IMG/VR virus record: IMGVR_UViG_2667527450_000001
Location: 1 to 64,000 of that record
Length of the DNA: 64,000 bases
Source: a virus
Taxonomy: Duplodnaviria > Caudoviricetes
Direction: 5' to 3' (one strand)
The notes under the pieces are model-generated. The model saw only the letters and a program-made list of their open reading frames with translations, was not told the DNA's origin and searched no databases. Below are positions 1 through 9,337 of this stretch, in pieces (the first letter of the stretch is position 1; each line of letters opens with the position of its first letter). The translations under genes and the position numbers were made by a program.

Positions 1-405
1 CAGAGCAAGAGCATCCTGCTCCGCAGGCGTGGCGCCCTCGACGCGGTTGCCGTACAGGGCGTTGAAGGTGGTGCAGCCCAGCGACGCGGCGAACGCGATC
101 GCCACCGGCACGTTCGCCCGGAACCTCTCCGACTCCACCCCCGGAACCGACAGCGCACCACGATCCGGACCCGGCAACCGCCCGGCGTAAAAGTTCAGCC
201 CCGTCAACTGCGTCCCGGCATCACGCAGCGCATCGCCCAGCGCGTCCAGCTCCGACCGCTCCGGGGTCGGGGCGTCCACCCACGGCCACCACAGCTCCAC
301 CGCGGTGAAACCCACCGCCCGCGCGGCCGCCGGCCGCTCCAACAACGGAAGCTCGGTGAACAGGATCGACAGATTGACGTTGAAGCGCGTGTCCGTGAAA
401 CCCAT
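1..405 (-). CDS. hyi: Hydroxypyruvate isomerase family TIM-barrel protein (3' end beyond window)
   Basis: Manual translation from ATG at 405: MGFTDTRFNVNLSILFTELPLLERPAAARAVGFTAVELWWP...LNFYAG...ALYGNR, typical Hyi N-terminus; not in the ORF track because it runs off the edge. Confidence 0.85.
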   Translation of the reverse strand, partial: MGFTDTRFNVNLSILFTELPLLERPAAARAVGFTAVELWWPWVDAPTPERSELDALGDALRDAGTQLTGLNFYAGRLPGPDRGALSVPGVESERFRANVPVAIAFAASLGCTTFNALYGNRVEGATPAEQDALAL

Positions 406-541
406 AAGGCCCGGCGCTCCTTCCGGATAGCGGAACTTACTTTCTGCGTAATGGAACATTGCCGGGCGGGCGGGGAGGCTGTCAAGGGGGGCCGGGAGCA
501 ATTTCTGGTCGGCGGGGCGAAGCGCGCGTAGGTTGAACCGC

Positions 542-877
542 GTGCGATTGAGAGTTGAGTTCACGACCGAGCCGTTCGACCTGGACGAGGCGCCAGCCCA
601 TGCCGTGGTGGCGCGGGAGATCGTCACCGGTGCCGAGCTGGACGCCGTCGACGTCGGCCCCTTCGGCAATACCGCCGAGGGCGACGCCGACCGGGTGCTG
701 GAGGCGGTCGGCGCCCTGCTGCGGCAGTCCCTGGAGGCGGGCGCGACCCGGGTCTCCCTCCAGGTCAATGTGATCGCCGACGACCGGCAGGGCGGCGCGG
801 ATGTCACAGATGCGCGCAGCGCTTCCACTCGGGGTGGCGGCCGGCGACGGGCGGGCGACGAGGGGGACGCGACGTGA
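542..877 (+). CDS. Small conserved protein, thiamine-binding/ferredoxin-like fold (host)
   Basis: MRLRVEFTTEPFDLDEAP...VDVGPFGNTAEG...GATRVSLQV; host-like codon usage; stop overlaps next start (GTGA). Confidence 0.65.
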   Translation: MRLRVEFTTEPFDLDEAPAHAVVAREIVTGAELDAVDVGPFGNTAEGDADRVLEAVGALLRQSLEAGATRVSLQVNVIADDRQGGADVTDARSASTRGGGRRRAGDEGDAT

Positions 878-1254
878 CCGAGCCTGCCGACCACCCCTTC
901 GTCCGGGCGGTCAAACCGCTGGTGGATGCCATGGGTGGCCAGATGGTCGCGCCTGATCAGGCCAGCGGCGACGACGTCGTGCTGGCCTGGGAGGGGCGGG
1001 ACCGGGTGGCCGTCCGGCTCCCGCATCTGTCCGAGTCGCTCGATCACATCCTCGCCGAGCTGGAGCGCCGGCACGGCATGCCGCTCTCCGAGCTGGACCG
1101 CAGGACCAAGCAGTCGGCGGTGCGGATATTGGAGAGCCGGGGTGCTTTTTCGGTCCGGCACGGGGTCGAGACGGTCGCCGGCGCCCTCGGTGTCAGCCGC
1201 TTTACTGTGTACAACTACCTGAATAGGGAGAAGGGGACCGAACCCGAGGGCTGA
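874..1254 (+). CDS. HTH domain transcriptional regulator (HTH_22/YheO C-terminal-like; host, possible integration target)
   Basis: GAFSVRHGVETVAGALGVSRFTVYNYLN motif. Confidence 0.8.
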   Translation: MTEPADHPFVRAVKPLVDAMGGQMVAPDQASGDDVVLAWEGRDRVAVRLPHLSESLDHILAELERRHGMPLSELDRRTKQSAVRILESRGAFSVRHGVETVAGALGVSRFTVYNYLNREKGTEPEG

Positions 1255-1287
1255 AGTAGCCCGAGGTGGAAGCCGCGGAAAAGGAGA

Positions 1288-1324
1288 AACCCGCAGCTCA
1301 GGGGGTGATTCCGAGTTGCGGGTT
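1288..1324. terminator. Hairpin between the convergent host gene and integrase
   Basis: AACCCGCAGCTC ... GAGTTGCGGGTT 12-bp stem (one G-U pair). Confidence 0.55.
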
Positions 1325-1358
1325 CCGGAGGTGACACGATGTGAGTGGATGTGGGCGC

Positions 1359-1386
1359 GTGGACCGAATGTGGACTTCCCGTGGAC
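1359..1386. repeat. Putative integrase arm-type binding sites (attL arm)
   Basis: GTGGAC at 1359, 1370 and 1381 (exact 11-bp period) just beyond the integrase stop. Confidence 0.6.
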
Positions 1387-1388
1387 CG

Positions 1389-2642
1389 CTACGAAGCCAC
1401 GGCCCGCAGCCCGCCGCCGTCAAGAGCCGACCGCACCCGCTCCACAGAGTTCGCGCTCGCGTGCGTATACAGCCACGTGATCTTCGCCCCCCGTTCGTGC
1501 CCCAGGATCTTCTGGGCGTCAGCCTCGGGAACCCCCAGGCTATGGAGCCGTGAGGCAAATGCGTGCCGGACGTCGTGCAGATGAGGCCACCGCTCCACTC
1601 GCCCCGTGACCGGGTTAGTCGCCTTCCGGGACACGCCCGCCTTATCGGCAGCGGCCGTCCATACCCGCCAGAAGTTCGATCGCCCGAGCACGCCCCCGCC
1701 GACGCTACGGAACACCAACTCCTCCTTGTGCATGCCGCTCGCCGGCGCGGTCCGGGCGCTGGAAGCCGGGCACCGCTCCAGGTGCCTCTTGATGGCACGC
1801 GCTGCACGATCCGAAAGTGGCACCGACCGGCTACCGGCGGCTGACTTCGGGTACGCCTTTCGGACCGCCTTCCCGCGCACCTGAATGATCGTCTCCCGTA
1901 CTTGCAGGCTAAGCCCTTCCAGGTCCACATTGCACCGCCGCAGGCCGATCAGTTCGCCCCAGCGCAGGCCGGTTTCCTCGGCCACAACCAACATGTCGCG
2001 GAAATGCTCTGGCACGCACGCGCGGATCTCCGCGAGCTGGTCATAGGTGGGCGGCAGGACGTCATCAGGGTGCTTCGGCTGAGCCTTCGGTAGCCGCACG
2101 CCGTCGCACGGGTTGTAGGCGATCCTGCGGTCTCGTAGGGCGGATGTGAGCATCCCGTCGAGCATGCGGAACGCCTTCTCGATCGTCGCGACCCCAACCG
2201 CGCGGACGCGATCGGCGACCCATGCCTCGACGTCCATGTTGCTGATCGATTGCAGTCGCCACTTCCCGAAGTGCGGTTGCACGTGGTTGGTCCACACGCT
2301 GTCAGCGGTTTCGCGGGTGTTGTCGCCGATGCGCTGAGCTGGTCGCCACTTCTCGCGCCACTCCTCCAGCGTGATCTGGCCGCGGTCCAGGTCCACGAAC
2401 GAGCCGGTGCGGACTTGATCACGGGTTTTGTCGAGGAACGCCTCAGCTTTGGCTTTGGCACCCTTGCCGGCGAACTGCTTCGCCCGCTGCCTCCCGGCGG
2501 GATCCCGGTAGCGTGCCTGCCACGGCCCGGTGCAGTCCTTCCGTGTCGACTTCTCGCCGGGCCTGTACTCCTCGGTGCAGAGCTTGCATCCGCAGGACTT
2601 CGAGCGTTTTTGCCGTGGGTTGTTGCGTGCCTTACGCGCCAC
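1389..2642 (-). CDS. int: Tyrosine recombinase/integrase
   Basis: TGLRWGEL, HDVRH, LGH and catalytic Y (WLYTH); arm-binding N-terminus WQARYRDPAGRQR; GTG start at 2642 with GGGAG RBS. Confidence 0.95.
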   Translation of the reverse strand: MARKARNNPRQKRSKSCGCKLCTEEYRPGEKSTRKDCTGPWQARYRDPAGRQRAKQFAGKGAKAKAEAFLDKTRDQVRTGSFVDLDRGQITLEEWREKWRPAQRIGDNTRETADSVWTNHVQPHFGKWRLQSISNMDVEAWVADRVRAVGVATIEKAFRMLDGMLTSALRDRRIAYNPCDGVRLPKAQPKHPDDVLPPTYDQLAEIRACVPEHFRDMLVVAEETGLRWGELIGLRRCNVDLEGLSLQVRETIIQVRGKAVRKAYPKSAAGSRSVPLSDRAARAIKRHLERCPASSARTAPASGMHKEELVFRSVGGGVLGRSNFWRVWTAAADKAGVSRKATNPVTGRVERWPHLHDVRHAFASRLHSLGVPEADAQKILGHERGAKITWLYTHASANSVERVRSALDGGGLRAVAS

Positions 2643-2892
2643 TGCGCACTCCCTCACGATACGAGCTTGAGTGACGAGACAGCTCTTCCGGCCATGGGAT
2701 GTGGACGCTGTCCCCGCACCAGCATGTCGCACCGGTGCATCCCTGGCGTGCTCCCAAGAAGATGAGCATGGCGCGGACTTGACGTATCGCCTGGCGCCTT
2801 GTGAGTCCACGTCCTATGACGATGGCAACCCGGGTTCGGTCCCACTGGGGTGCCGTTGGGTTGATGTCCTCGACCACCACTTGCGCGCACAT
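2632..2892 (-). CDS. Small hypothetical protein coupled to the integrase (CWC motif)
   Basis: 86-aa ORF with GGGG RBS; stop overlaps integrase start. Confidence 0.6.
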   Translation of the reverse strand: MCAQVVVEDINPTAPQWDRTRVAIVIGRGLTRRQAIRQVRAMLIFLGARQGCTGATCWCGDSVHIPWPEELSRHSSSYREGVRSGA

Positions 2893-3056
2893 GCAGCCCC
2901 CATCGACAGACGGCTAATCGAGTCCGGCCGCAGGTGGAGGTACGGCGGATTACCGACCGTACAGCGGTCAACAACCGTTCGTGAAGGGTTGGTAGACGAT
3001 TCGCGTGATGCTCTCGCAACTCGCCGAAAGTTGCGCGAAACCGCGCGAAATCTCTG

Positions 3057-3431
3057 TCAGTTGCCGGTCTGCGCCTGTGGCTTGCGCTCCTGCATGGCCG
3101 TCATGGTGGCCTCCAGGACACGCCTGTCCTCCGGCGAGATGGACCGGAGAAGGTGGAGGAAGCGCCGCTCTTCCTCTGGGGCCAGCTCGGCGGGGATGTA
3201 TCGTCCGGCCGCCTCGAAGACCTCGGAGACGGAAAGGCCGGCGCCTTCTGCGAGCTGGCGGAGCTTGCTGGGGCTGGGGCCGCGGGTGCCTGTGGCGCGG
3301 TCTCCGCTCTTCCAGCTGTGGAGCGTGGAGATGGACAGGTCGGATCGACGCGCCAGGGTGGACAGGGACCAGCCCCGTTCGTCCATCACGCGTTCGATCA
3401 GCTTCCCCAGTGCATCCACATGTAGAAGCAT
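3057..3431 (-). CDS. XRE-family immunity repressor
   Basis: GWSLSTLARRSDLSISTLHSWKSG HTH; divergent from the cro-like gene, upstream of int. Confidence 0.85.
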   Translation of the reverse strand: MLLHVDALGKLIERVMDERGWSLSTLARRSDLSISTLHSWKSGDRATGTRGPSPSKLRQLAEGAGLSVSEVFEAAGRYIPAELAPEEERRFLHLLRSISPEDRRVLEATMTAMQERKPQAQTGN

Positions 3432-3439
3432 CGGGCATC

Positions 3440-3934
3440 TTCCACATTCACTCAAGCCAGCTTGGCCACGATGGCTCAACCTGGCTTCCACAGTGAATAT
3501 GCGCAGGTGGAAAGGGTGTCCGCCGCAGGGCGGAGAACAGCGGATACATCCCTTGACATCCATCCACATTGAGAGTTGAATGTGGAAACGGGAGGGGCGG
3601 ACATTCCACACTCCGCACCTCCAGGGAACTATCTCGGCCACGAGGGGGCATCACCCATGCAACGACTGGATGAAGGCCGGCCCATACGGGACGCAATGCA
3701 CGAAGCCGGCCTCTCCATCCAGCGCCTCGCCGAGAAGACCAAACAGGTCGACCCCGCTGGCTACGGCATCAGCCGATCCGCCATCGGCCACATGGTCTCC
3801 ACCGGCCCTTCGGGGCGCCGCGTCTTCACCCGGCGCTCCGTGGACCTGGTGGCGGCAGCGCTCGACAGATCCGTCCAGGAGCTCTTCGCCGACAGCCCCA
3901 CCTGATATTCGTGCGCGAACAGCTTCCACATTCA
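3440..3934. promoter_or_regulatory. Lysis/lysogeny switch: operator repeats (consensus TTCCACATTCA) and rightward promoter
   Basis: Exact TTCCACATTCA at 3440 and 3924, inverted at 3577; variants at 3486, 3503 (inverted), 3562 and 3604; TTGACA at 3553. Confidence 0.75.
3657..3905 (+). CDS. Cro-like HTH regulator
   Basis: GLSIQRLAEKT...ISRSAIGHM HTH; first rightward gene. Confidence 0.8.
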   Translation: MQRLDEGRPIRDAMHEAGLSIQRLAEKTKQVDPAGYGISRSAIGHMVSTGPSGRRVFTRRSVDLVAAALDRSVQELFADSPT

Positions 3935-3971
3935 TCGTAAGAATCCATCACTTCCATAGGAGGGAGGGGTC

Positions 3972-4226
3972 GTGGACAAGCGCACTACCCCACGCCGGCT
4001 ACTGACGAAGGCGCAGCTCAAGGAATGGCTTCAGGTCAGTGACTTCTGGGTGCGCGACCGTCTCGACAACGACCCGGAATTCGTAGAGCGGTGCGTCGTC
4101 GATCTGGCACCGCAGGGCAGCCCGCGCCGCACGCTCCGCTTCCACGAAACGGCCACCGCCACCTACCTCGGCATTCCAGCGTCCTGCGAGCCGATCCAGC
4201 GCACCGAGCTCCAGCCCGCCGCCTAG
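3972..4226 (+). CDS. Excisionase-like winged-helix protein
   Basis: RLLTKAQLKEWLQVSDFWVR...RRTLRF pattern; strong GGAGG RBS. Confidence 0.65.
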   Translation: MDKRTTPRRLLTKAQLKEWLQVSDFWVRDRLDNDPEFVERCVVDLAPQGSPRRTLRFHETATATYLGIPASCEPIQRTELQPAA

Positions 4227-4315
4227 CCGCGGCCTACGGGCCCAGCCGCCGGGCTCTCACACACCGGCAACCGGGCCCTAGACGCACCACCCCAACCACA
4301 TGAAGGGCAGGCGTC

Positions 4316-4537
4316 ATGAACGCCATTCAAACATCAACTCGTTCCGTGGCCGACCCGACGGTCCTTGCCGAGGTCCGGCAGCGTCTCCTCGCGGACCCGA
4401 GCCACTCGGATGCGGCGGTGTCCGCGACCTCGATGTCCCTCTTCCTCGTCCAGCACCCGGAGGCCCGGGTCTCCGAGATGGACGACTACCCCGAGTTCGC
4501 CGCCCGCTTCACGACCACCGAGGACGATGCCCGATGA
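4316..4537 (+). CDS. Hypothetical phage protein
   Basis: RBS; ATGA coupling to next gene. Confidence 0.65.
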   Translation: MNAIQTSTRSVADPTVLAEVRQRLLADPSHSDAAVSATSMSLFLVQHPEARVSEMDDYPEFAARFTTTEDDAR

Positions 4538-4968
4538 CCACGACCACTCATCTGACCGTCGCTGACCTCGCAAGTCTCGCCTTCGCTAAGTGGGAGGCCG
4601 AGGGCGAAGCCAAGGGCGACGAGATGTTCGAGCAGCACCGCGAGGAGTTCCTGGCCTTCGCCCGTGGCAAGGCCCGCAGCGTCCTCGGCGAGGAGGCTGC
4701 CACCCAGCTGGATTGGCAGTACACCAGCACGCTCGTTCTGCCGGCGGACACGGAGCAAGCCACGGCGAGCCTCGGCGAGGGCCGCACCGAGTACCTGAGG
4801 TACCGCGTAGTCGACGGTGACGAGGTGTCGTTCACCCTCGTGCAGCCGTGTGGCACGTGCGGCCACGACCAGGTCAACGAGCTTCGCGACCTCACCCACC
4901 TCGGCGGGCTCCTCGAAACCGCCGCCGACCTTGCGAAGGCCGTGCAGGGCGGTGGCGACCGTGGCTGA
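4534..4968 (+). CDS. Hypothetical phage protein (CxxC)
   Basis: ATG at 4534, coupled; QPCGTCGH. Confidence 0.7.
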   Translation: MTTTTHLTVADLASLAFAKWEAEGEAKGDEMFEQHREEFLAFARGKARSVLGEEAATQLDWQYTSTLVLPADTEQATASLGEGRTEYLRYRVVDGDEVSFTLVQPCGTCGHDQVNELRDLTHLGGLLETAADLAKAVQGGGDRG

Positions 4969-5428
4969 CGACCGTCTGACCGAGATCGCGGCCCGCGCGA
5001 CGGCGGTCACCCCAGGCCCGTGGCTGCAGCGTTCTGACGCCGGGATCGTCACCGATGCCGAGGACCGGCCGCTGGCCGTGTTCGGCACGAGCGGCCCCCA
5101 CTGCGTCGACGCCACCTTCATCGCCCACGCCCCGGAGGACGTCCGGTGGCTGCTCGCCCAGCTGGAGCAGGCCCGTGCCATCGCCGTCGAGTTGGAGAAC
5201 GAGAACGCGCGGCTCACCGCCGCCATGGAGCGTCGCCGTAAGCGTCTGGTGGCTGCGGAGGCTGACCTCCTCGACATGCGGGGAACGCTTTCCCCGAGCG
5301 GAGCCCCGCGGCGTGTACCGATGGAGCTCGGTGGACGCCTCACGCCGGTCGTCGAATGGCTCCTCGACGAAAACGCCCGGCTCACTGCCGACCTCTCGAA
5401 GGACGCCAGCAGGGGCGGCGTCTCGTGA
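4961..5428 (+). CDS. Ead/Ea22-like phage protein
   Basis: RLTEIAARATAVTPGPW...DATFIAHAPEDVRWLL motif. Confidence 0.65.
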   Translation: MADDRLTEIAARATAVTPGPWLQRSDAGIVTDAEDRPLAVFGTSGPHCVDATFIAHAPEDVRWLLAQLEQARAIAVELENENARLTAAMERRRKRLVAAEADLLDMRGTLSPSGAPRRVPMELGGRLTPVVEWLLDENARLTADLSKDASRGGVS

Positions 5429-5796
5429 CCGCCGCGCTCACCCTCATCCGCCCATCTGGAGGCGTCATGTCTCTGACCGCTTTCGACCAGGCCCGCGGCT
5501 ACCGTCTGTTGACCGAGCTGGGGGAGTCCCACCCGCATCTGCCGGCGGCTGAGGTGCACGTGCACCGTCAGATCTCGTTGGTGGCTGAGCTGACCATCGA
5601 CGTGTCCCTACACGGCGACGAGGTCGGTTTCGCGCAGTGGCAGCGTGCCCTCGGTATCACCGCGGTGGACACGCGCCGGATCGAGTTCGGCGGCTGGGTG
5701 TCCTCCGGGCACGTCACCCGCGACGGGATCACCGTCATCCTCACCCTGCATCACCGGCAAGAGGCTCCGGTGCTGGCTCTGGCGGTGGCGTCATGA
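5425..5796 (+). CDS. Hypothetical phage protein (alternative start 5467)
   Basis: Coupled ORF with typical codon usage. Confidence 0.65.
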   Translation: MTAALTLIRPSGGVMSLTAFDQARGYRLLTELGESHPHLPAAEVHVHRQISLVAELTIDVSLHGDEVGFAQWQRALGITAVDTRRIEFGGWVSSGHVTRDGITVILTLHHRQEAPVLALAVAS

Positions 5797-6032
5797 CCGC
5801 TGGCGGGCGCCTCTCGATCCGGGCTCAGCGTCTGCTCGCGGAGATCCGGCGGGATCCGCTGCGGACCTGGACGACGGGCCAAGTGCGGGAGCTATACGCG
5901 GAGATGGGCCTCGGCCCGCAGAGGTCGACCGCTCGACGCGACCTGCAGCACCTGGCAGTGCGCGGCCGGCTCGTCGAGGCAGGGCCGGAGAACTGCCGGA
6001 TGTACCGACTGAACCAGGCGGCGAGCCAATGA
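5793..6032 (+). CDS. Small winged-HTH protein
   Basis: WTTGQVRELY...RSTARRDLQHLAVRGRL. Confidence 0.65.
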   Translation: MTAGGRLSIRAQRLLAEIRRDPLRTWTTGQVRELYAEMGLGPQRSTARRDLQHLAVRGRLVEAGPENCRMYRLNQAASQ

Positions 6033-6427
6033 CGATCCGACTCATCCTCCGCCTCCGCCGCCAACTCGCCGAAGCCCGCAGGGAGAACGCCCGCCTGAAG
6101 CGTGACCTCCACAGCCTCGACGGCGAGATCGCCGACGTGCGGGACGCCAACACTCAACTCCACCAAGAGGCCGCCGTCGCCCTCGCACGGCAGGTCGCCG
6201 CGATGGTGACCATCGACCAGCTCACCGCCGAACGCGAGCGCCTACTGGCCGAGCTTGAGAAGGCCATCGACTGGGCCACCGAAGTTAACCGCGTCAATGC
6301 CTACATCGATCAGCAGAACCGGCGGCTGACCGCCGACAACGAGCGCCTCCGCCGCGAACTCGCCGCGCTGACACGGCCGGTCGCCAAGGTCATCCCGCTC
6401 CAGCAGCGCGGCCCTGACGCCGCCTGA
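6029..6427 (+). CDS. Coiled-coil hypothetical protein
   Basis: Heptad-rich sequence; ATGA overlap. Confidence 0.65.
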   Translation: MTIRLILRLRRQLAEARRENARLKRDLHSLDGEIADVRDANTQLHQEAAVALARQVAAMVTIDQLTAERERLLAELEKAIDWATEVNRVNAYIDQQNRRLTADNERLRRELAALTRPVAKVIPLQQRGPDAA

Positions 6428-6568
6428 CCCGCCCCACCGCACCACCTCCGACGGGACAGCCATGCCAGAAACCGGCTCCACGGCCGCCCCGACGCCCCGC
6501 CTCACCCGCACCTGACCGTCCCGCTCACCGAAATCGGACGGGACGGCCGAACACAAGGAGAACCGACA

Positions 6569-7549
6569 GTGTCCGACAACTCCGCCATCGAGTGGACCGA
6601 TGCCACCTGGAACCCTGTCACCGGCTGCACCAAGGTCTCGCCGGGCTGCGACAACTGCTACGCGCTGACCTTCTCCGAGCGCTGGCGCGGCACCCCCGGC
6701 CATTACTTCAAGAACGGCTTCGACGTCCAGCTCCGCCCCGACAAGCTCACCACGCCCTTCGCCTGGAAGAAGCCCCGCCGCGTCTTCGTCAACTCCATGA
6801 GCGATCTGTTCCACAAGGACGTCCCCGACGCCTACATCGCCAAGGTCTTCGCCGTCATGGCGGCCACTCCGCAACACACGTATCAGGTGCTGACCAAGCG
6901 GCACGGCCGCATGCGCGCCCTGCTGAACGACGAGTGCAACTGCGGCAACGGTCATGTGCCTGGCGTGCACTTCCGTTCGGCGATGGCATGGGCAGTGTCC
7001 AAGGCCAACCCGGACCGCATCCCAGGCGTCTCCGACGACGCCGAGAAGCGCGTCTGGAACGCCCCGTGGCCCCTGCCCAACGTGTGGCTGGGTGTGAGTG
7101 TCGAGGACCAGAAGCGTGCCGACATTCGCATCCCCGCCCTCCTCGGCACCCCGGCCGCCGTCCGGTTCCTGTCCTGCGAACCGCTGCTCGGGCCAGTTGA
7201 GCTGTACGACTACCTGGTCGAGTTGCGCGACGTCACGGACGACCACGCGGACGCGCCGGACGGGGCGGTCGTCGAGGGCATGCGGCGCAGCGGCGACCAG
7301 TGGCACCGAATCGAGCGGCTGAACTGGGTAATCGTCGGCGGCGAATCTGGACGAGGCGCCCGACCCATGAGCCCCCAGTGGGCCACGCAGATCATCGAGC
7401 AGTGCCAGAGCTCCGATGTCGCAGTGTTCGTCAAGCAGCTCGGCTCCCGCTGGGCCAAAAATCACAAGGACATCGACACTTTTCCCGCGGCGCTCCAGAT
7501 TCGTGAGTACCCGCAGGCGGTGGCGGCCATGCAGGACGGCCCGCGATGA
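6569..7549 (+). CDS. DUF5131 / phage Gp37Gp68 family (radical-SAM-like)
   Basis: IEWTDATWNPVTGCTKVSPGCDNCYA, VFVNSMSDLFH, WVIVGGESG, VFVKQLG. Confidence 0.92.
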   Translation: MSDNSAIEWTDATWNPVTGCTKVSPGCDNCYALTFSERWRGTPGHYFKNGFDVQLRPDKLTTPFAWKKPRRVFVNSMSDLFHKDVPDAYIAKVFAVMAATPQHTYQVLTKRHGRMRALLNDECNCGNGHVPGVHFRSAMAWAVSKANPDRIPGVSDDAEKRVWNAPWPLPNVWLGVSVEDQKRADIRIPALLGTPAAVRFLSCEPLLGPVELYDYLVELRDVTDDHADAPDGAVVEGMRRSGDQWHRIERLNWVIVGGESGRGARPMSPQWATQIIEQCQSSDVAVFVKQLGSRWAKNHKDIDTFPAALQIREYPQAVAAMQDGPR

Positions 7550-8391
7550 CCGACCCGAAGCACGCACGGGACACCGACAACGGCCGCTACTACACCGACC
7601 CGGCCGGCGGCCCAGACCTCGTGTCCGTCACCAACGTCCTCGACACCAGCGTCAACAAGCGGGCCCTCATGCCGTGGGCGGTGAAGCTCACCGTCGAATG
7701 GGCCCTCGACCACCGCATGGAGATCGCCCGCCGGGCCATCACCGACCGGGACGGCCTGACCAAGCAGCTCAAGCAGATCCACCGCGACGCCCGCGAGAGC
7801 GCCGCCGACCTCGGCGACCGCATCCACAAGGCCGCAGAGAACCGCGTTCTCGGAGCCCCCGTCGCCTCCGACCCCGAAGTCGCCTCGTACCTCGACCAGT
7901 TCGACCGGTGGGTGGCCCTGTGGGGCATCCACTTCGACAGCGACGTGTACGCCACCGAGATCACCTGCATGCACCGGCGCCTGGGCTACGCCGGAACCGC
8001 CGACCTCGTGATCTGGCTCCCCACCGGTCCCAACCGGCGCCGCGAACTGTGGCTCATCGACTACAAGACGTCGGCCACCCGGTCCGCCAAGTCCGTGTAC
8101 CCGGAGAACACCCAGCAGCTCGCCGCCCTCCGCTACTGCGAGACGGTCCTGCTGCCCGACGACACCGACGCCCCCATGCCCCGCATACAGCGAGCTGGCG
8201 TCCTGAACCTGCGGCGCAAGTCCCACGCCCTCGTCGAAATGCCCGCCGGCCGCGACGCACACCGCGCCTTCCGCGGCGCCCTCCAGAACGCGATCTGGCA
8301 CCACGCCGCACCGTCCACCTACCCCGCGCTGCTCGCCCCCGGCCAAAAGGCCGCGGCCCCGCGCAGGCGCACCATCCGAAAGGCGGCCTGA
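7546..8391 (+). CDS. PD-(D/E)XK exonuclease (RecE/Cas4-like)
   Basis: SVTNVLD, GYAGTADL, LIDYKTS, QLAALRY motifs. Confidence 0.8.
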   Translation: MTDPKHARDTDNGRYYTDPAGGPDLVSVTNVLDTSVNKRALMPWAVKLTVEWALDHRMEIARRAITDRDGLTKQLKQIHRDARESAADLGDRIHKAAENRVLGAPVASDPEVASYLDQFDRWVALWGIHFDSDVYATEITCMHRRLGYAGTADLVIWLPTGPNRRRELWLIDYKTSATRSAKSVYPENTQQLAALRYCETVLLPDDTDAPMPRIQRAGVLNLRRKSHALVEMPAGRDAHRAFRGALQNAIWHHAAPSTYPALLAPGQKAAAPRRRTIRKAA

Positions 8392-8392
8392 C

Positions 8393-9337
8393 ATGGGCGC
8401 CCGCATCCTCACCCTCCAGCGGCAGGCCCGCGAACTCGGCCGGCTCCGCACCGGCTACACCGACGGCAAGCGCCCGATGCGCTCCCGCACCTGGGTCATC
8501 TCCTCCCACGCCGAGCACTACGTCGAGGCCGCGGCCAAGGCGTGGGGCGGAACCGTCGAGTCCTGGACGCCGCTGAACTCGAAGATCCCCCAGTTTCGGG
8601 TCATCACCGAAGCCGAGTCCATCGATGCTCTCCTGCCGCCCGGCGACCCGCTGTCCCAGTACAACGAAATGTGGTCCGGTGGCGGCTGCCAGCGCCGCTG
8701 CAACGGCGAGACGGAACAGATCTCCCGCCAAGCCTGCCTGTGCCTCGCCCAGTTCGGCGAGGACTGGCACCAACAGCCCAAGGGCCGCGTCTGCTCCGCC
8801 ACCTCACGCATCAACGTGATGCTCCCCGACATGCCCGACCTCGGCGTATGGCGAGCCGAAACCCACAGCTTCTACGCCGCGAACGAATGGGGCGGAACCG
8901 TCGACATGGTCCTGTCCGGCACCGGCGGCCAGGGACTCGTACCCGTATCCCTACGCATCGAGCCCCGACAGCGCGTCGCAGGCGGACAGACGAAGAAGTT
9001 CCCCGTCGTCGTAGTCGAGGTCCGCGGCATCACCCCCCGACAGGCCCTGACCGGCCCTCTGCCGACAGCCCTGGCCTTGGACCCGGCCGGCGCCGAGCAG
9101 CCGCTCGCCCTGGAGGCCGGCCGCCCGGACTACATCGCCGAGGCCGAGGGCGCGCTCACCTCGGACGACGTGCGGGACGTGTGGCGCAAGGCCGCGAAGA
9201 ACGGCGACGTCGACCCGAAAGGCACCGACCCGCTGTCCAAGAAGCTCATGGCGCTCGCCGCCCTCAAGGACGAAGAAGACAAGGGCCCGGACGAGGACGG
9301 GGCCTACGAGGCCGAAGTCATCGAGGAGGCGTCGTGA
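8393..9337 (+). CDS. phiC31 gp3-like recombination / DNA-annealing protein
   Basis: LQRQARELGRLRTG, WSGGGCQRRCNG, GVWRAETHSFYAANE; follows the exonuclease. Confidence 0.7.
   Translation: MGARILTLQRQARELGRLRTGYTDGKRPMRSRTWVISSHAEHYVEAAAKAWGGTVESWTPLNSKIPQFRVITEAESIDALLPPGDPLSQYNEMWSGGGCQRRCNGETEQISRQACLCLAQFGEDWHQQPKGRVCSATSRINVMLPDMPDLGVWRAETHSFYAANEWGGTVDMVLSGTGGQGLVPVSLRIEPRQRVAGGQTKKFPVVVVEVRGITPRQALTGPLPTALALDPAGAEQPLALEAGRPDYIAEAEGALTSDDVRDVWRKAAKNGDVDPKGTDPLSKKLMALAALKDEEDKGPDEDGAYEAEVIEEAS

Noticed and set aside
2643-2810. N-terminal extension of the integrase in the ORF track (473 aa)
   Set aside because: Overlaps the 2632-2892 gene; a better RBS and GTG start lie at 2642.
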